Assembly: GCA_965285935.1 (NCBI GenBank)
Contig: OZ260662.1
Span: 89,032,001 to 89,096,000 of the forward strand
Direction of reading: 5' to 3'
Source of the DNA: Ophelia neglecta
Lineage: Eukaryota
DNA: 64,000 bases
A program made the position numbers and the translations under genes. Under the pieces are notes generated by a model. The model saw only the letters and a list, made by a program, of their open reading frames with translations, was not told the DNA's origin and made no database searches. Below are positions 27,034-37,601 of this stretch, piece by piece. Within the stretch, counting starts at the first letter, position 1. Each line of letters starts with the position of its first letter.

Positions 27034-29554
27034 GTTCCGGTTGTTAAGGTTTAATACTTCTGTTAGACTATTCTATTATGTGGCTGGCTCGACGGGCGAA
27101 TGCAAACTAATTTCTTTTTTCTGTGTTTCTGAATTACAAATAGGATTGATAGATATTCATATGCATACCTGTGCAATTATTATTAGCGCATAAAATGTAA
27201 GAATAAAAGTTATTCGATACTATTAGTTTTCTTTGTTATCATGAAGATAATGACTTTAATTTTGTTCCAGTACAAGTTTAATGACCACGGTTTAACTTGC
27301 CCAAGAAGAGAATAATTCCGGGGTGACTGGACTAAGAATGTGACGGTGACCGTTACTTGTCGTTTTAGAGGGGCATTTAAAGAACACAAAAATCCCAGGA
27401 AAAAAGTTACTTTACGTTGAACGTGAAATTAATTATTTTCCCATTAAAATGAGCTTATTAACGTGTCACCAACACCCAGCAGAAGGCTGCACCTATTTGA
27501 AGACCTTCGTAAGCCTATATGTAAACACTCTTTTCACTGGAATTCGGGATCTTTTATGATCTAACACATTTCGGTCAACAGCCGACAAACAAAGGCATCG
27601 GTCGCAGTTTGAAGGAATTAAATATTTTCATTTGACCTACTTCCGTTCGGTGAACACCAATCACTCTGCATACCCTGGATGTAAAGCAGATAGTACATAA
27701 TCTGTTTTCGTACTTTTTGTTTCTACTCAGGATGTCATTCCTCTGATTAACCGAGAGAAAAAAATAGTCAGCAATTCATAACATATACATTTGACCTCTC
27801 GATGGGATTTGAACTCTCGAGGCGGCGTGTCCTGTTCGTGGTTGACCCCTGAGAAGGCTTTGTGAATTTGTGATGGTCACGTGTGCTATTTTATACTCGC
27901 AAATATCAATGCAAAATGTTCTATATGCTGAAAATAAGTATTATAATGTTGTTTGCTCTTCGGACAATTTTGTTTACTTTGTGAAACTTTGGTTATATTA
28001 AGTGGCATGAGAATGGAAGAAATGTTGATTCAAGTTCTTTCAGGGCCTGTGTTTAAACGTTTACAGTCAATGCACTCTATAGTCCGCGTGCATTCTTGTT
28101 TATTGATATAAACTTAATGACAATAATATATTCCTTTGAAAACTATTATATAGAGTTATATAATCATTCATAGAACATCCGTCTGCTATCGAAGAAAGGC
28201 AGCGATGCTTTTGTTATCAATATTTACTGTTAAACTAAAAGTCATACGTTCCATTTATGCTTGTTTTGCGGCAGTTGATGATGGTTAAAATAATTCTTAG
28301 TGTATATGTTTACACTTTGAGCAATGCAGTAAACAGTAGCTTATTTTTGAAGTATTCCGAAGGTATTTTTTTATTAACATGCAATTAATTTTTTTAAATA
28401 ATTTTGAAACGCATCATTGTTGTTAATTGTCTGAATCATTATTCGGCTCGTACGTGGCCGTTATCATATTAGAAAATAAAAACAAAAAGAAATTTAAAAT
28501 ATCAAAAGGGCCTGTGCCTAAATATATATCACAACATTGTGTAAAAAGTATTATTATATATGCACTTTGAAATAAACTAGTATTTTAATTAAGCATATGC
28601 CAATGCTTGTTATCTCTTTTAGATTGACCAGTTTAAGGAGCTGGGGCGATAGCTTATATACTGTATCGCCAAAAAATACAGCCTTGCTACATTCTACATA
28701 TAAAGAGACAAAACAAGTCCGGTGAGAATCAATTGTCGGCCGTAACATCAGCAATCAATTAACTTAGACCGAAAGATGTTTGCTAATAGCAAAATAATTC
28801 AACGTATTAATACAAATGTGAAAATGTTTCATGGTTAATTAATTGTATCGTATTAAAGCATACTTTTTTTTAAAAACTTGTGTGTATGTATACCTTGAAC
28901 AAAAAACATGCTAGGAATAGTTTCTGGATGACATGATAAATTGCCATATTGAAATTCTACCTGCGTGTAGGATATGGCCATGCCATGAATTTTCAAGAAA
29001 TGGTACATTGTGCGAAAAGCAGGTTGAGTATATTTTGCAGATTTGTTTGATCCTTATGTAAGTGTTTGCGGTCGTTACCTCAAACACAAATTACCTATAG
29101 GGGGTATTATTTTATTTTCTCGGGACAATGGTGTGCTTTCGACCTCAAGTATCAAGTAGTTTATGTGCATTTTGTGGTTAAGATATAATACAAAAATGGT
29201 AATGTTTCATGCTTTTAAATCTGTTAGTTTTTTTCTCTTGAATATGGCCCTCTTAAATAGGACCAAAGATAGTTTAATAATTCCATGAATTGAAGCTTGA
29301 AACATACTACGTCCCAGATCTAAGCCCCTTCGTGGAGATTAAATATGACAGAGCTCATAAAAACGATGCTTATCAAGACGGCCTAACCTGATGAGACACA
29401 AACTTCCAGAGGCGTAGGAAGGAAAATCAAAGTGAGGAGGCCAACTTTACATCAGCGTCATAAAAAGGGGGGGGGGGGGCAAAACATATGATGCCCCTGG
29501 GGGGGGGATGCCCCCAACCCCCCCCCCCCCCCGCTTCCGACGCCACTGTAAATT

Positions 29555-29923
29555 TCTTTTATCTATTTATTAAATATCTTACATTTTATCTTACTTTACT
29601 AACACTTTTTAGTCAAAAAAACATCTGACCCATCCACCTAGAATTTTTTTTATAAAATAGAGCTCAATAACCGCTTATTTCTTACTATTATCCCCATGTA
29701 AATAAAAATAGACAGTACAATAAACGATTAACTATACACAACTTAAGACACTAAATGGCCCACATGGTGTCTATGTGTGGTTAAGCCCCAAAAATCCAAA
29801 TCCACTATTATCCCCATGTAAATAAAAATAGACAGTACAATAAACGATTAACTATACACAACTTAAGACACTAAATGGCCCACATGGTGTCTATGTGTGG
29901 TTAAGCCCCAAAAATCCAAATCC
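29555..29923 (+). mobile_element. 5'-truncated I-group LINE 3'UTR, with its last 120 bp present twice in tandem
   Basis: Homologous to ~30442-30694. Identical 120-bp units at 29684-29803 and 29804-29923, each ending in an aaatccaaatcc tail. Confidence 0.85.
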
Positions 29924-29982
29924 ACTGTAATTTGATCTTTACATGCCAAAAAACATTGAATAAATTCAATTATTGGCCATGT

Positions 29983-30694
29983 CAATCCCGTCTTCTGACT
30001 ACAAGAGCCCGATAAACCAGTATGGCTGCAAACAATGGCAAACCGCCTGGGACCAAGTCATAGAAAACAAACTGCACTCTGTCTGGCCCACCATACCAAA
30101 ATCATTTCGAAAGCCACTTGCTTCCCGGAGAGACGATTTGATCATGTCTCGTCTGCGCATCGGCCACTCTCATTTTACACATACTCATCTTCTGAGAAGA
30201 GAGGACCCACCTTTTTGTGAGGGCTGCCAATGCCAGATTACCATCCAACACATTCTGCTGGAGTGTAGCGATTTCGCCGAGGCTACATACCGTTTTTATA
30301 ACGTTAACAGCCTCAAAACCTTATTCGACAAGGTCTGCCCACAGCAGATCCTTAATTTCTTAAAATCTATAGATCTCTACTACAAAATGTAATAGACATT
30401 AAACGTAGAAACCATTTTAAAAATGCGAAAGTTTAAGGAACTTTCTTTTATCTATTTATTAAACAACTAACCTTTTATGTTCCTCTACTAACACTCTATA
30501 TTCAGAAAAACATCTGACCCATCCACCTAGAAGATTTTTTCATAAAATAGAGCTCAGTAAACCGCTTATTTCTTACTATTATCCCCATGTAAATAAAAAT
30601 AGACAGTACAATAAACGATTAACTATACCCAACTTAAGACACTAAATGGCCCACCTGGTGTCTATGTGTCGTTAAGCCCCAAAAATCCAAATCC
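29983..30694 (+). mobile_element. 5'-truncated I-group (I/Nimb-like) LINE: ORF2 C-terminus, 3'UTR and (AAATCC)2 tail
   Basis: ORF to 30392 has SRLRIGHSHFTH..PPFCEGC..TIQHILLEC (C-terminal zinc knuckle). Flanked by a 58/59-bp direct repeat (29924-29982 and 30695-30752). Confidence 0.88.
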
Positions 30695-31009
30695 ACTGTA
30701 AATTGATCTTTACATGCCAAAAAAATTGAATAAATTCAATTATTGGCCATGTAATGTGTTTGTAAATAACCTGCCCACAGGTAACTATATGATTATGGTC
30801 AAGCCAACTGAGGAGAGACGCTTCTGACCAATGCTGCATTACACCATTTTGAGAGAGCAAAAAGTGAGAGGGTCATCATTACAAAGTAGGGGGGGGGGGG
30901 GCAAAACATATGATGGCCCCCCACATTTTTAGTGGGGGGGGGGCATGGACCCCCCCCCCCCCCGGCCCCCCCGCTTCCTACGCCACTGACTTCTCCATAA
31001 GTTGGAGCA

Positions 31010-31800
31010 GTATAAGGCATGTACCAAACTCATTCTGTTTTATGGTGCCGAAATTTGGGGGTATGAGGCATCAGTAAACTTAAACAGGAGTTTCCTCAGG
31101 AGGTACCTGAAACTTAAAAGGTGTCCACCGACCAATATCCTGCTGTTAGAGGTAGGGGTCCTACCACTGTCGGTTAAGAGACATCGCAGGGTGTTGAACT
31201 TCCGGGCTAGTATCCTAGATATTAGAAGCGAGAAAAAACTTTAGCAAAATTGCCTTTGATAAAAACCAAATATTACAAAAGCAATGCTTGGTCGAAAGAA
31301 GACGTCAAAATTCTGAAAGAGTACAATATAATCGACTATTGGCAGCCGCAGTTAAGATGTAAAATCCAAAGAGCGGTCCAATCAGGAGTTTAGTGCCATT
31401 GATAGTATGCTGAAATGTTTTTGAAAATTGTAACAATTCGTCAAAACATGCTCGGTAGCAAGACTACCCTGTTAATATCCCATGGTGCGTCGGTGCTTGG
31501 CATCTTGGGGAAAGGAATGCCACGGAGTTAACCAGCTACAGACTTCGAAACTGTTTCATTGCTATGGAGACGGTCACGTGGAAGTCAGCCTCACCGATAG
31601 ACGGCAATAGTGTGAAGTATGCGGCGAGTTAGATGACGATCTGGACTACATGCTTGAGGGCACACATTTCAATGAATTCAGGAAAAACCTAATCGACCCT
31701 TACTGTTAGAGGGAAGCGACACCATCTAAGCCGAGAAAACTATTCATCAGTTAACCCACGCAAGCACTTAACAACATTGTACGTTATATCCGAAAGATTG
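31010..31800 (+). mobile_element. Degenerate LINE ORF2 C-terminal remnant
   Basis: ILFYGAEIWGYE..FLRRYLKLKR..TNILLLEVG.LPL, later YRLRN..IAMET..CEVC..YMLE..HF..FRK, with several stops. Confidence 0.7.
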
Positions 31801-32478
31801 GACTAATGAATAAAGAGACATATATTATTGCCTAGCTAAGAGGGAAACTTGAGATAAAAATGATTGTTTAGTCGACACTTTTATTCTCCAATGAGTTAAC
31901 TTTATGGAATAGATGCCCTTATTAACAGAATACGCAAATAAGGCTAGCAGTTACTGACCATATATATGTAACTAATGATATGTATTTGCTTTGAATCTGA
32001 AGTGTCCCTATATTTGCATTATATGCCGGTAACCCAAGAAGTGACGAGGTATACTATAATGTTATGAATTTACTAATAAGAATATGTCCGCTTCCAATTG
32101 GAATGATGTAGGTACGTCTTATATAGGGTCTTATCTTCTTTTGACGAGGGATTTATTTTAAAAAAGTATCAGAAATATAAAATCCATCAAGGTTCATCAA
32201 ATTCTACCGTTTCCTAATATTTCCAACCCTTTAAAGATTTTTTTTACGAAGTGCATGTAGGCCTTTATAATACGGAAAGAGTGAGTATGAATACAGCAAT
32301 TTTTCAATAGTAAGACATTTTCCACTGCGTTTGAATAATAAATTATCAGGTCCAATGTTTTGCAAAGATCATATCAGAACGTCGGCAATAAACAACTAAC
32401 CGATGTGTTTTACAATCAAAAATTAATGTGTTAATTTCATTCATCAGCTTTTTTTAACCAAAACAGTGAGCGCGTTTG

Positions 32479-32528
32479 ATTGGTAAATATCTAGTGACGT
32501 AAAAGGTTGTCGGCAGCAACGTTATAAA
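32479..32528 (+). promoter_or_regulatory. Candidate Pol II promoter of the GPCR gene: inverted CCAAT, CRE-like site, TATA
   Basis: ATTGG 32479-32483, TGACGTAA 32495-32502 and TATAAA 32523-32528, in canonical order ~160 bp upstream of the ATG. Confidence 0.55.
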
Positions 32529-32683
32529 GGGAAGACAAGGTGACTTCAGCAGACACTTAACAATAATCAAAATGGAAAACTGAATATATTTTTCTAGTCT
32601 TGTGCCACGTATGATATCGTTAGACATATCTTCTGAATAGTGTCAATCGATTGCAGAGTTTCGGATCTGGTAACGCAAAAGGA

Positions 32684-35419
32684 ATGGCTAGTAATATCAC
32701 CAACCGATGGACGACCAGCCGTGAAACGCTACTTTTAAGTGACACAGATGATCTTTTTACTGCGACTGTGACTGTCGTTACGGATTCATATGTGAATAGC
32801 CCCGATAGTACGACGAAACACTGCGAACTGTCATTCGCTGTGGTTTTGACATTGTCTTTGGCAACAGTTATTATTGGTGTTCCGAAAGTGAAAGATGGTA
32901 TAGAATCTCTATGGCGCCAGTGCACCACGCGTGGCTTTGGTAATGATCCACCATGTTATTTGCTACTCGGAAATTGCGCAATAGGATGCGCATTTCTTTG
33001 CCCAGCAAACATCCTATTTTTTATGGTTTGTAAAGTTTCCTACATGTCAATAGAAGGAGGTGTTATCGCTCTATATATTCATTGGTATTTGTGGCTGGTG
33101 CTTCACACTATGTCGGCTGTTCTTACTGCCTGTGTTTCAGCTCACAGACTGCATCAGATAGAATCTTGTTTCTTAAAGAAAGAAAGAAGACGACCGTCGA
33201 AGCTCAAACAATGGATTTTCGGCCCGTTGCCTGGAATTTCGGCAGTTACTCTCTTAACCATTACCTTCACAGTAGACGTTGTCAAAAACCAAGCGGATCC
33301 ACTAGACCTGGGAATGATATGTTCTACGGAGACTCTTGCAAGCTTGCTGTCATCTATGGCACATGGTAACTACACCCGGTGGTTGCAGTGGACAATTAAC
33401 TTGGTTTCACTGGCTGTGACTGTTGGGGGATACGCAATTTGCATCTGGCGGGTGAGGTGTTTAACAAGGGCAGTGTCCCCGAGCAAAGAAGGTCAAATAT
33501 TCGGCGAGGGGAGAGAGACAGTAAATAGTAGGCGTCAGCGATTTTCATTGAGCTCCTGTAGGGGCCTGGGCAGGTCTTCTCTTGCCTTAACCAGAACAAG
33601 TGCCCAATGGCCACTTTCCCGAATGGATTCAAGCGTAGATACAACGGCAAACCCCCTACTAAATTTGCGGGTGGCTTGGGGTCTAGAGAAGGCCGTTCGG
33701 GTACTAGGAGCGGACGAACGCCACAGCAGATCAAGTAGGTCCTTATCCTATCAGACACCCTCCTTATTCAGCCGCATAAAATCTTCCATTGGTAGGGATT
33801 CTGATATTGACTGCGAGACAGATTTGTCACAGAGCGGTACATTTAGACCAAATCGGGCCAGTACTGTAGGTAGCTGCGCGGCCGAAGACATAAAGGCTGC
33901 ACGCATGGCAGCTCTTGGAAAAGTTAGACTTGCAGGAGAGTCTTTCAAAACGATCGCGGAAATGGAGAACACAGTCGACCAGCGACCCTTGCTCCGAAGC
34001 CTCCGTCACACGCGTCGCTACCCAGGCTGTAAGTCCATAGGTCGCCTTAGTGTGGATAGTCTAGACATTCCTGGCTATGTAAAAAATAGGCCTCGCTTAG
34101 ACTCGGGAAGCTCAACAGGTTCATTTAAGTACAGTTTCGAGTCGTTAGTAATTAGAAAGCCCAATGAATCAGAGAGCGAAACAGCGCAGGTTTATACAGT
34201 AGAGACTTCCTGCCAAACTGACCCAGAACCAATTGAACAGGCTAGAAGCTCGGCTACGTCCAAATCTAGTTTCATTCCTCAAAATTCTGTTAAAAACACT
34301 AGATATTCTATGAACGGCGAGGAAGATTTCCTTTGGTCAATCACAAGAGCAACAGAGGGTAACAAACAGGAAGATGAAACTATAAGCAATTTAGAAATAT
34401 CAGAGGAAAAAATGAAAAGCAATAAAAACCTCCAAGACAGGTGTTCACCAGCCGAAATAATCTTAGACAACGACATATCAGAAAAAACATTAGCCCAAAC
34501 TGGTGAGATATATCTCGATTCAATGGAGGCGCACACAAATGAAGAAACAGATGCTGAATTGCCCCATGGAAACATAACTGGGGGACCGGACACACCGGCA
34601 GCTGATGGCACTACTGAAGGAGTTCGGACCCCAAGAGCAATGTCACTTGACCTTGGCGGGTCTAGAACTTTCGTGGACCGAAGGATGAATACTTCCGGTG
34701 GATGGACATCTAGAGCTGAAGATGAACAAGTGCTGCCTCCCAGGCCCAGATGTGGTACATTGACAAACATTGACGAAGCAAGGGCTTCCACGGGGACAAT
34801 GTCGTGGCGAAGGGACACTTTTCCAGGACACCCTTCTCAGCCGGCCATTCGGGTTGAAAAACCATCAGTTGACACAAAAAATTCATTCATCAACGATCAA
34901 CCAACATTCCTCAACTATCGGCGCACGCGTTATGGCGGTAACAAGGTGGTGTTCAGTGACATTTCGGGCTCTGTGTGTTCTAATCGCTCAATTACTGACA
35001 GTATTACGATCGCTCCGCCTATGTTAGCATCTCCCGTGGTGAGCAGACGGCGACGGCCCCAACTAACTCTAGATTCTCGTCTCTTGTCTCGCGGGAGTCT
35101 GTATATCATGCCTGAGAATGAGTCTGCGGAATCTACTAGGCAGGCTCCAGTATACAATGTAATACTCAAACATTCCATAGTGAAAGTATTAACATTCCTT
35201 TCTCTCTATCTTCTCTCGAACGTTATGTTCCTGGTTCAGACGTTCGTAAAGACATCGACAGTGTACGCGCTATATATTGTAGCCGAGTGTATCTCTCTTT
35301 TATATTTTGCTGTTACACTTTACGTGTATACTATTAGAACTAACAGCAGGACTACTGCAACTCAGCCGCAGCAATCCCCAAGTCGTCCCAACACACGGTT
35401 AAGAAGTTCATACGTGTGA
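32684..35419 (+). CDS. Intronless divergent 7-TM (rhodopsin-like) GPCR with giant ICL3, 911 aa
   Basis: First in-frame ATG at 32684 (MASNIT, with an N-glycosylation sequon). Five hydrophobic helices to ~33457 (TM3 ends SAHRL at the DRY position), a ~573-aa polar loop, then two helices from 35177 (TM7 ends TLYVY). Confidence 0.8.
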   Translation: MASNITNRWTTSRETLLLSDTDDLFTATVTVVTDSYVNSPDSTTKHCELSFAVVLTLSLATVIIGVPKVKDGIESLWRQCTTRGFGNDPPCYLLLGNCAIGCAFLCPANILFFMVCKVSYMSIEGGVIALYIHWYLWLVLHTMSAVLTACVSAHRLHQIESCFLKKERRRPSKLKQWIFGPLPGISAVTLLTITFTVDVVKNQADPLDLGMICSTETLASLLSSMAHGNYTRWLQWTINLVSLAVTVGGYAICIWRVRCLTRAVSPSKEGQIFGEGRETVNSRRQRFSLSSCRGLGRSSLALTRTSAQWPLSRMDSSVDTTANPLLNLRVAWGLEKAVRVLGADERHSRSSRSLSYQTPSLFSRIKSSIGRDSDIDCETDLSQSGTFRPNRASTVGSCAAEDIKAARMAALGKVRLAGESFKTIAEMENTVDQRPLLRSLRHTRRYPGCKSIGRLSVDSLDIPGYVKNRPRLDSGSSTGSFKYSFESLVIRKPNESESETAQVYTVETSCQTDPEPIEQARSSATSKSSFIPQNSVKNTRYSMNGEEDFLWSITRATEGNKQEDETISNLEISEEKMKSNKNLQDRCSPAEIILDNDISEKTLAQTGEIYLDSMEAHTNEETDAELPHGNITGGPDTPAADGTTEGVRTPRAMSLDLGGSRTFVDRRMNTSGGWTSRAEDEQVLPPRPRCGTLTNIDEARASTGTMSWRRDTFPGHPSQPAIRVEKPSVDTKNSFINDQPTFLNYRRTRYGGNKVVFSDISGSVCSNRSITDSITIAPPMLASPVVSRRRRPQLTLDSRLLSRGSLYIMPENESAESTRQAPVYNVILKHSIVKVLTFLSLYLLSNVMFLVQTFVKTSTVYALYIVAECISLLYFAVTLYVYTIRTNSRTTATQPQQSPSRPNTRLRSSYV

Positions 35420-37601
35420 CTGAAATAGAGAAAATGCAACGTCCTACATAATTAATACATCGATGACTTTATGCAAGAAAGTCTTTATCTCTTGTGCTCT
35501 GACATTAGCCCTTATGGCCATTTATATATTGTGTGTATTATTATATTGGTTTGTGAATGTCTGCTTGTAAACAACTTGAAAGCGACTCTATCACGATGTC
35601 AGTAAAACTCGATGAATTTGTACTTTGTCCTCCTTACCATTAGATGTCAGTTGACATAGATCAATTTTCTGGGTCATGGTGTAATTTGAACAATTTCAAT
35701 ATTTCATGTGTTGGTCAACCATGAGGCGATTTCGATTAGATTTGCTACGTATTTAGTGTGCGTTTCCATTGAAGCGGAGGCGCTCTATTTTAGATAGAGC
35801 TCTAGAGCTCCTATCATACGGTTCAGTGACCATAGAGAACTGCCGTCGCAAGCATGCTTAGAGTAGACGCACACTAAGTATAGGTTAGAGTGTGAGTTCA
35901 GCCCTATTACCTCGGATAGGGCGGCGAGTCAATCGAGGCGTATAGGGTGTCAACGGCTCTTTCGACCTCAAATTTGGTTGGAACTATAGACATTGTGAAA
36001 TTTGACCAAGTATTACATTACTTTATTTCTACAGACATGTATACACTGGAGTATCAAATATCAAACAGCTGGATTAAGGACTATAAGGCATTATAGTCCT
36101 TAGCATCGGGGGCCCAGGGTTTGGAAGTGAGCGATATGAACGGGTCTTTTTAGTGATCTTAATAGTTGGTCATTTTCCGTAGGTGCGTTTTGTGTGTGTG
36201 TTTTGGGACGGGGTGGAGTTGTTTTGCTACACATAAACCTCGCCCTTGTATAATATCGCTACATACTGTTAATGATTATACTGGACAATGAACACTTTTC
36301 TGAATACTGCATTGTATTTTTTATACGTAATTTGTTCAATTTTCATACCTTTCGTTCAGCATCACAAAATTTAAATTTAGATTACATTATTTCCACTGCA
36401 AAAGACAGTTGTACTGTTACGCGTTAAATAATCAAATATACATTGTATTTATTTCCTGACCCACCAAGTCAAATAGAAATCAATCGAAAGAAGAGAGTTT
36501 TAATGGTACTATCTATAACATTCACGATGTCGTAATATAATACAATAACAGTCAATTTTTGATTAAATAAGTTTCAGTTATCTTTTACCATGTCATTTAT
36601 TATAACAATACTAGCAATCATATTACAATCGAAAACATTCTGTTCTGAAAAGATATCGAATTTATCGTATGATTTAAACCATTTTTGGGACAAATTATAG
36701 GGCTACAAAATAAAGATTTTTTATAATTTTGTTCAAAGGCATAAACAATTTAACGATACATACATAACATGGTTTAAATCTGTAGGAATATAGCAACTGC
36801 TTCAGATCCTTAAACTTTGAAACAATCTATAATACTTTTGAAACGACCCCATCTATAATGTATCACCACCTCATTCAAATCAAGTAATCAAAGTTTTCAG
36901 AAGGCATGGTGAAGCGGGGTGGGGCGATGAGCACACATCTTTTACACACCCTTTTACACATCTAATTTTACACACGAACGATCACAGAGCTGCTGTAAAT
37001 AATTTGCCCTTATTGCGTATAAACTTTAAAATTTGTCCACGTTCACAATATGGCCATTTAAATGCCAGTTCTTGCACACAGGCACATTAATATCACAAGG
37101 AAGTCAAGTTCTATTATACCTAATCATATATATATAACGAGCAAGTCGCATGTACCAAGAACAGGAATCATCTGCTCGTCACCTCGGACTACACAAATAA
37201 ATGCAGATATAAGTTGCTTGCTTGCTCTTAATTACCCAAATTATATTTTTAGCGAAAAAACCGTCTTTAGTCAGCATGTTTTAAGTCTGAATCAAAATTC
37301 GGTTTCTAATAACTATGTCAAGATAATTATTACACAAACTAAATAATCAAGCATATTTCAAAGGAGGAACGGCAAACGAATAATTAATAAATTATCCAGG
37401 TAGAACATAATCAAAAGGGGAGTTTATGGAAGGACAAAAAAGACGGATTATTGATTATTCTATTTAGACAGCTATGAGTTTACAACCTACTCACACATAT
37501 ACATATGTATAGTATGTATGTGTAAAAATTATGCCATGGGTTTGTCAAAGTATATAAAATTACTCATGCTGACAATAACTTTATAAGCGTGAATACGATA
37601 A

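Larger units (their letters stand above)
29407..30988. mobile_element. MITE with poly-G/C subterminal tracts and 5-bp TSD, interrupted by nested LINE insertions
   Basis: TIRs cagaggcgtaggaag / cttcctacgccactg. TSD ACTTC at 29402-29406 and 30989-30993. An uninterrupted relative lies at 42029-42447. Confidence 0.85.

Noticed and set aside
27790-27830. B-box-like gttcaaatccc on the minus strand (tRNA or SINE)
   Set aside because: No cloverleaf or clear A-box; at most an old SINE remnant.
32651-32683. TTG start given in the ORF track for the GPCR
   Set aside because: This is a eukaryotic gene, so the first in-frame ATG at 32684 is preferred.
34279-34818. Antisense or overlapping ORFs (also 25854-26339, 50974-51528, 50993-51550)
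   Set aside because: Shadows of real coding exons or of the 30-bp repeat, with no independent support.
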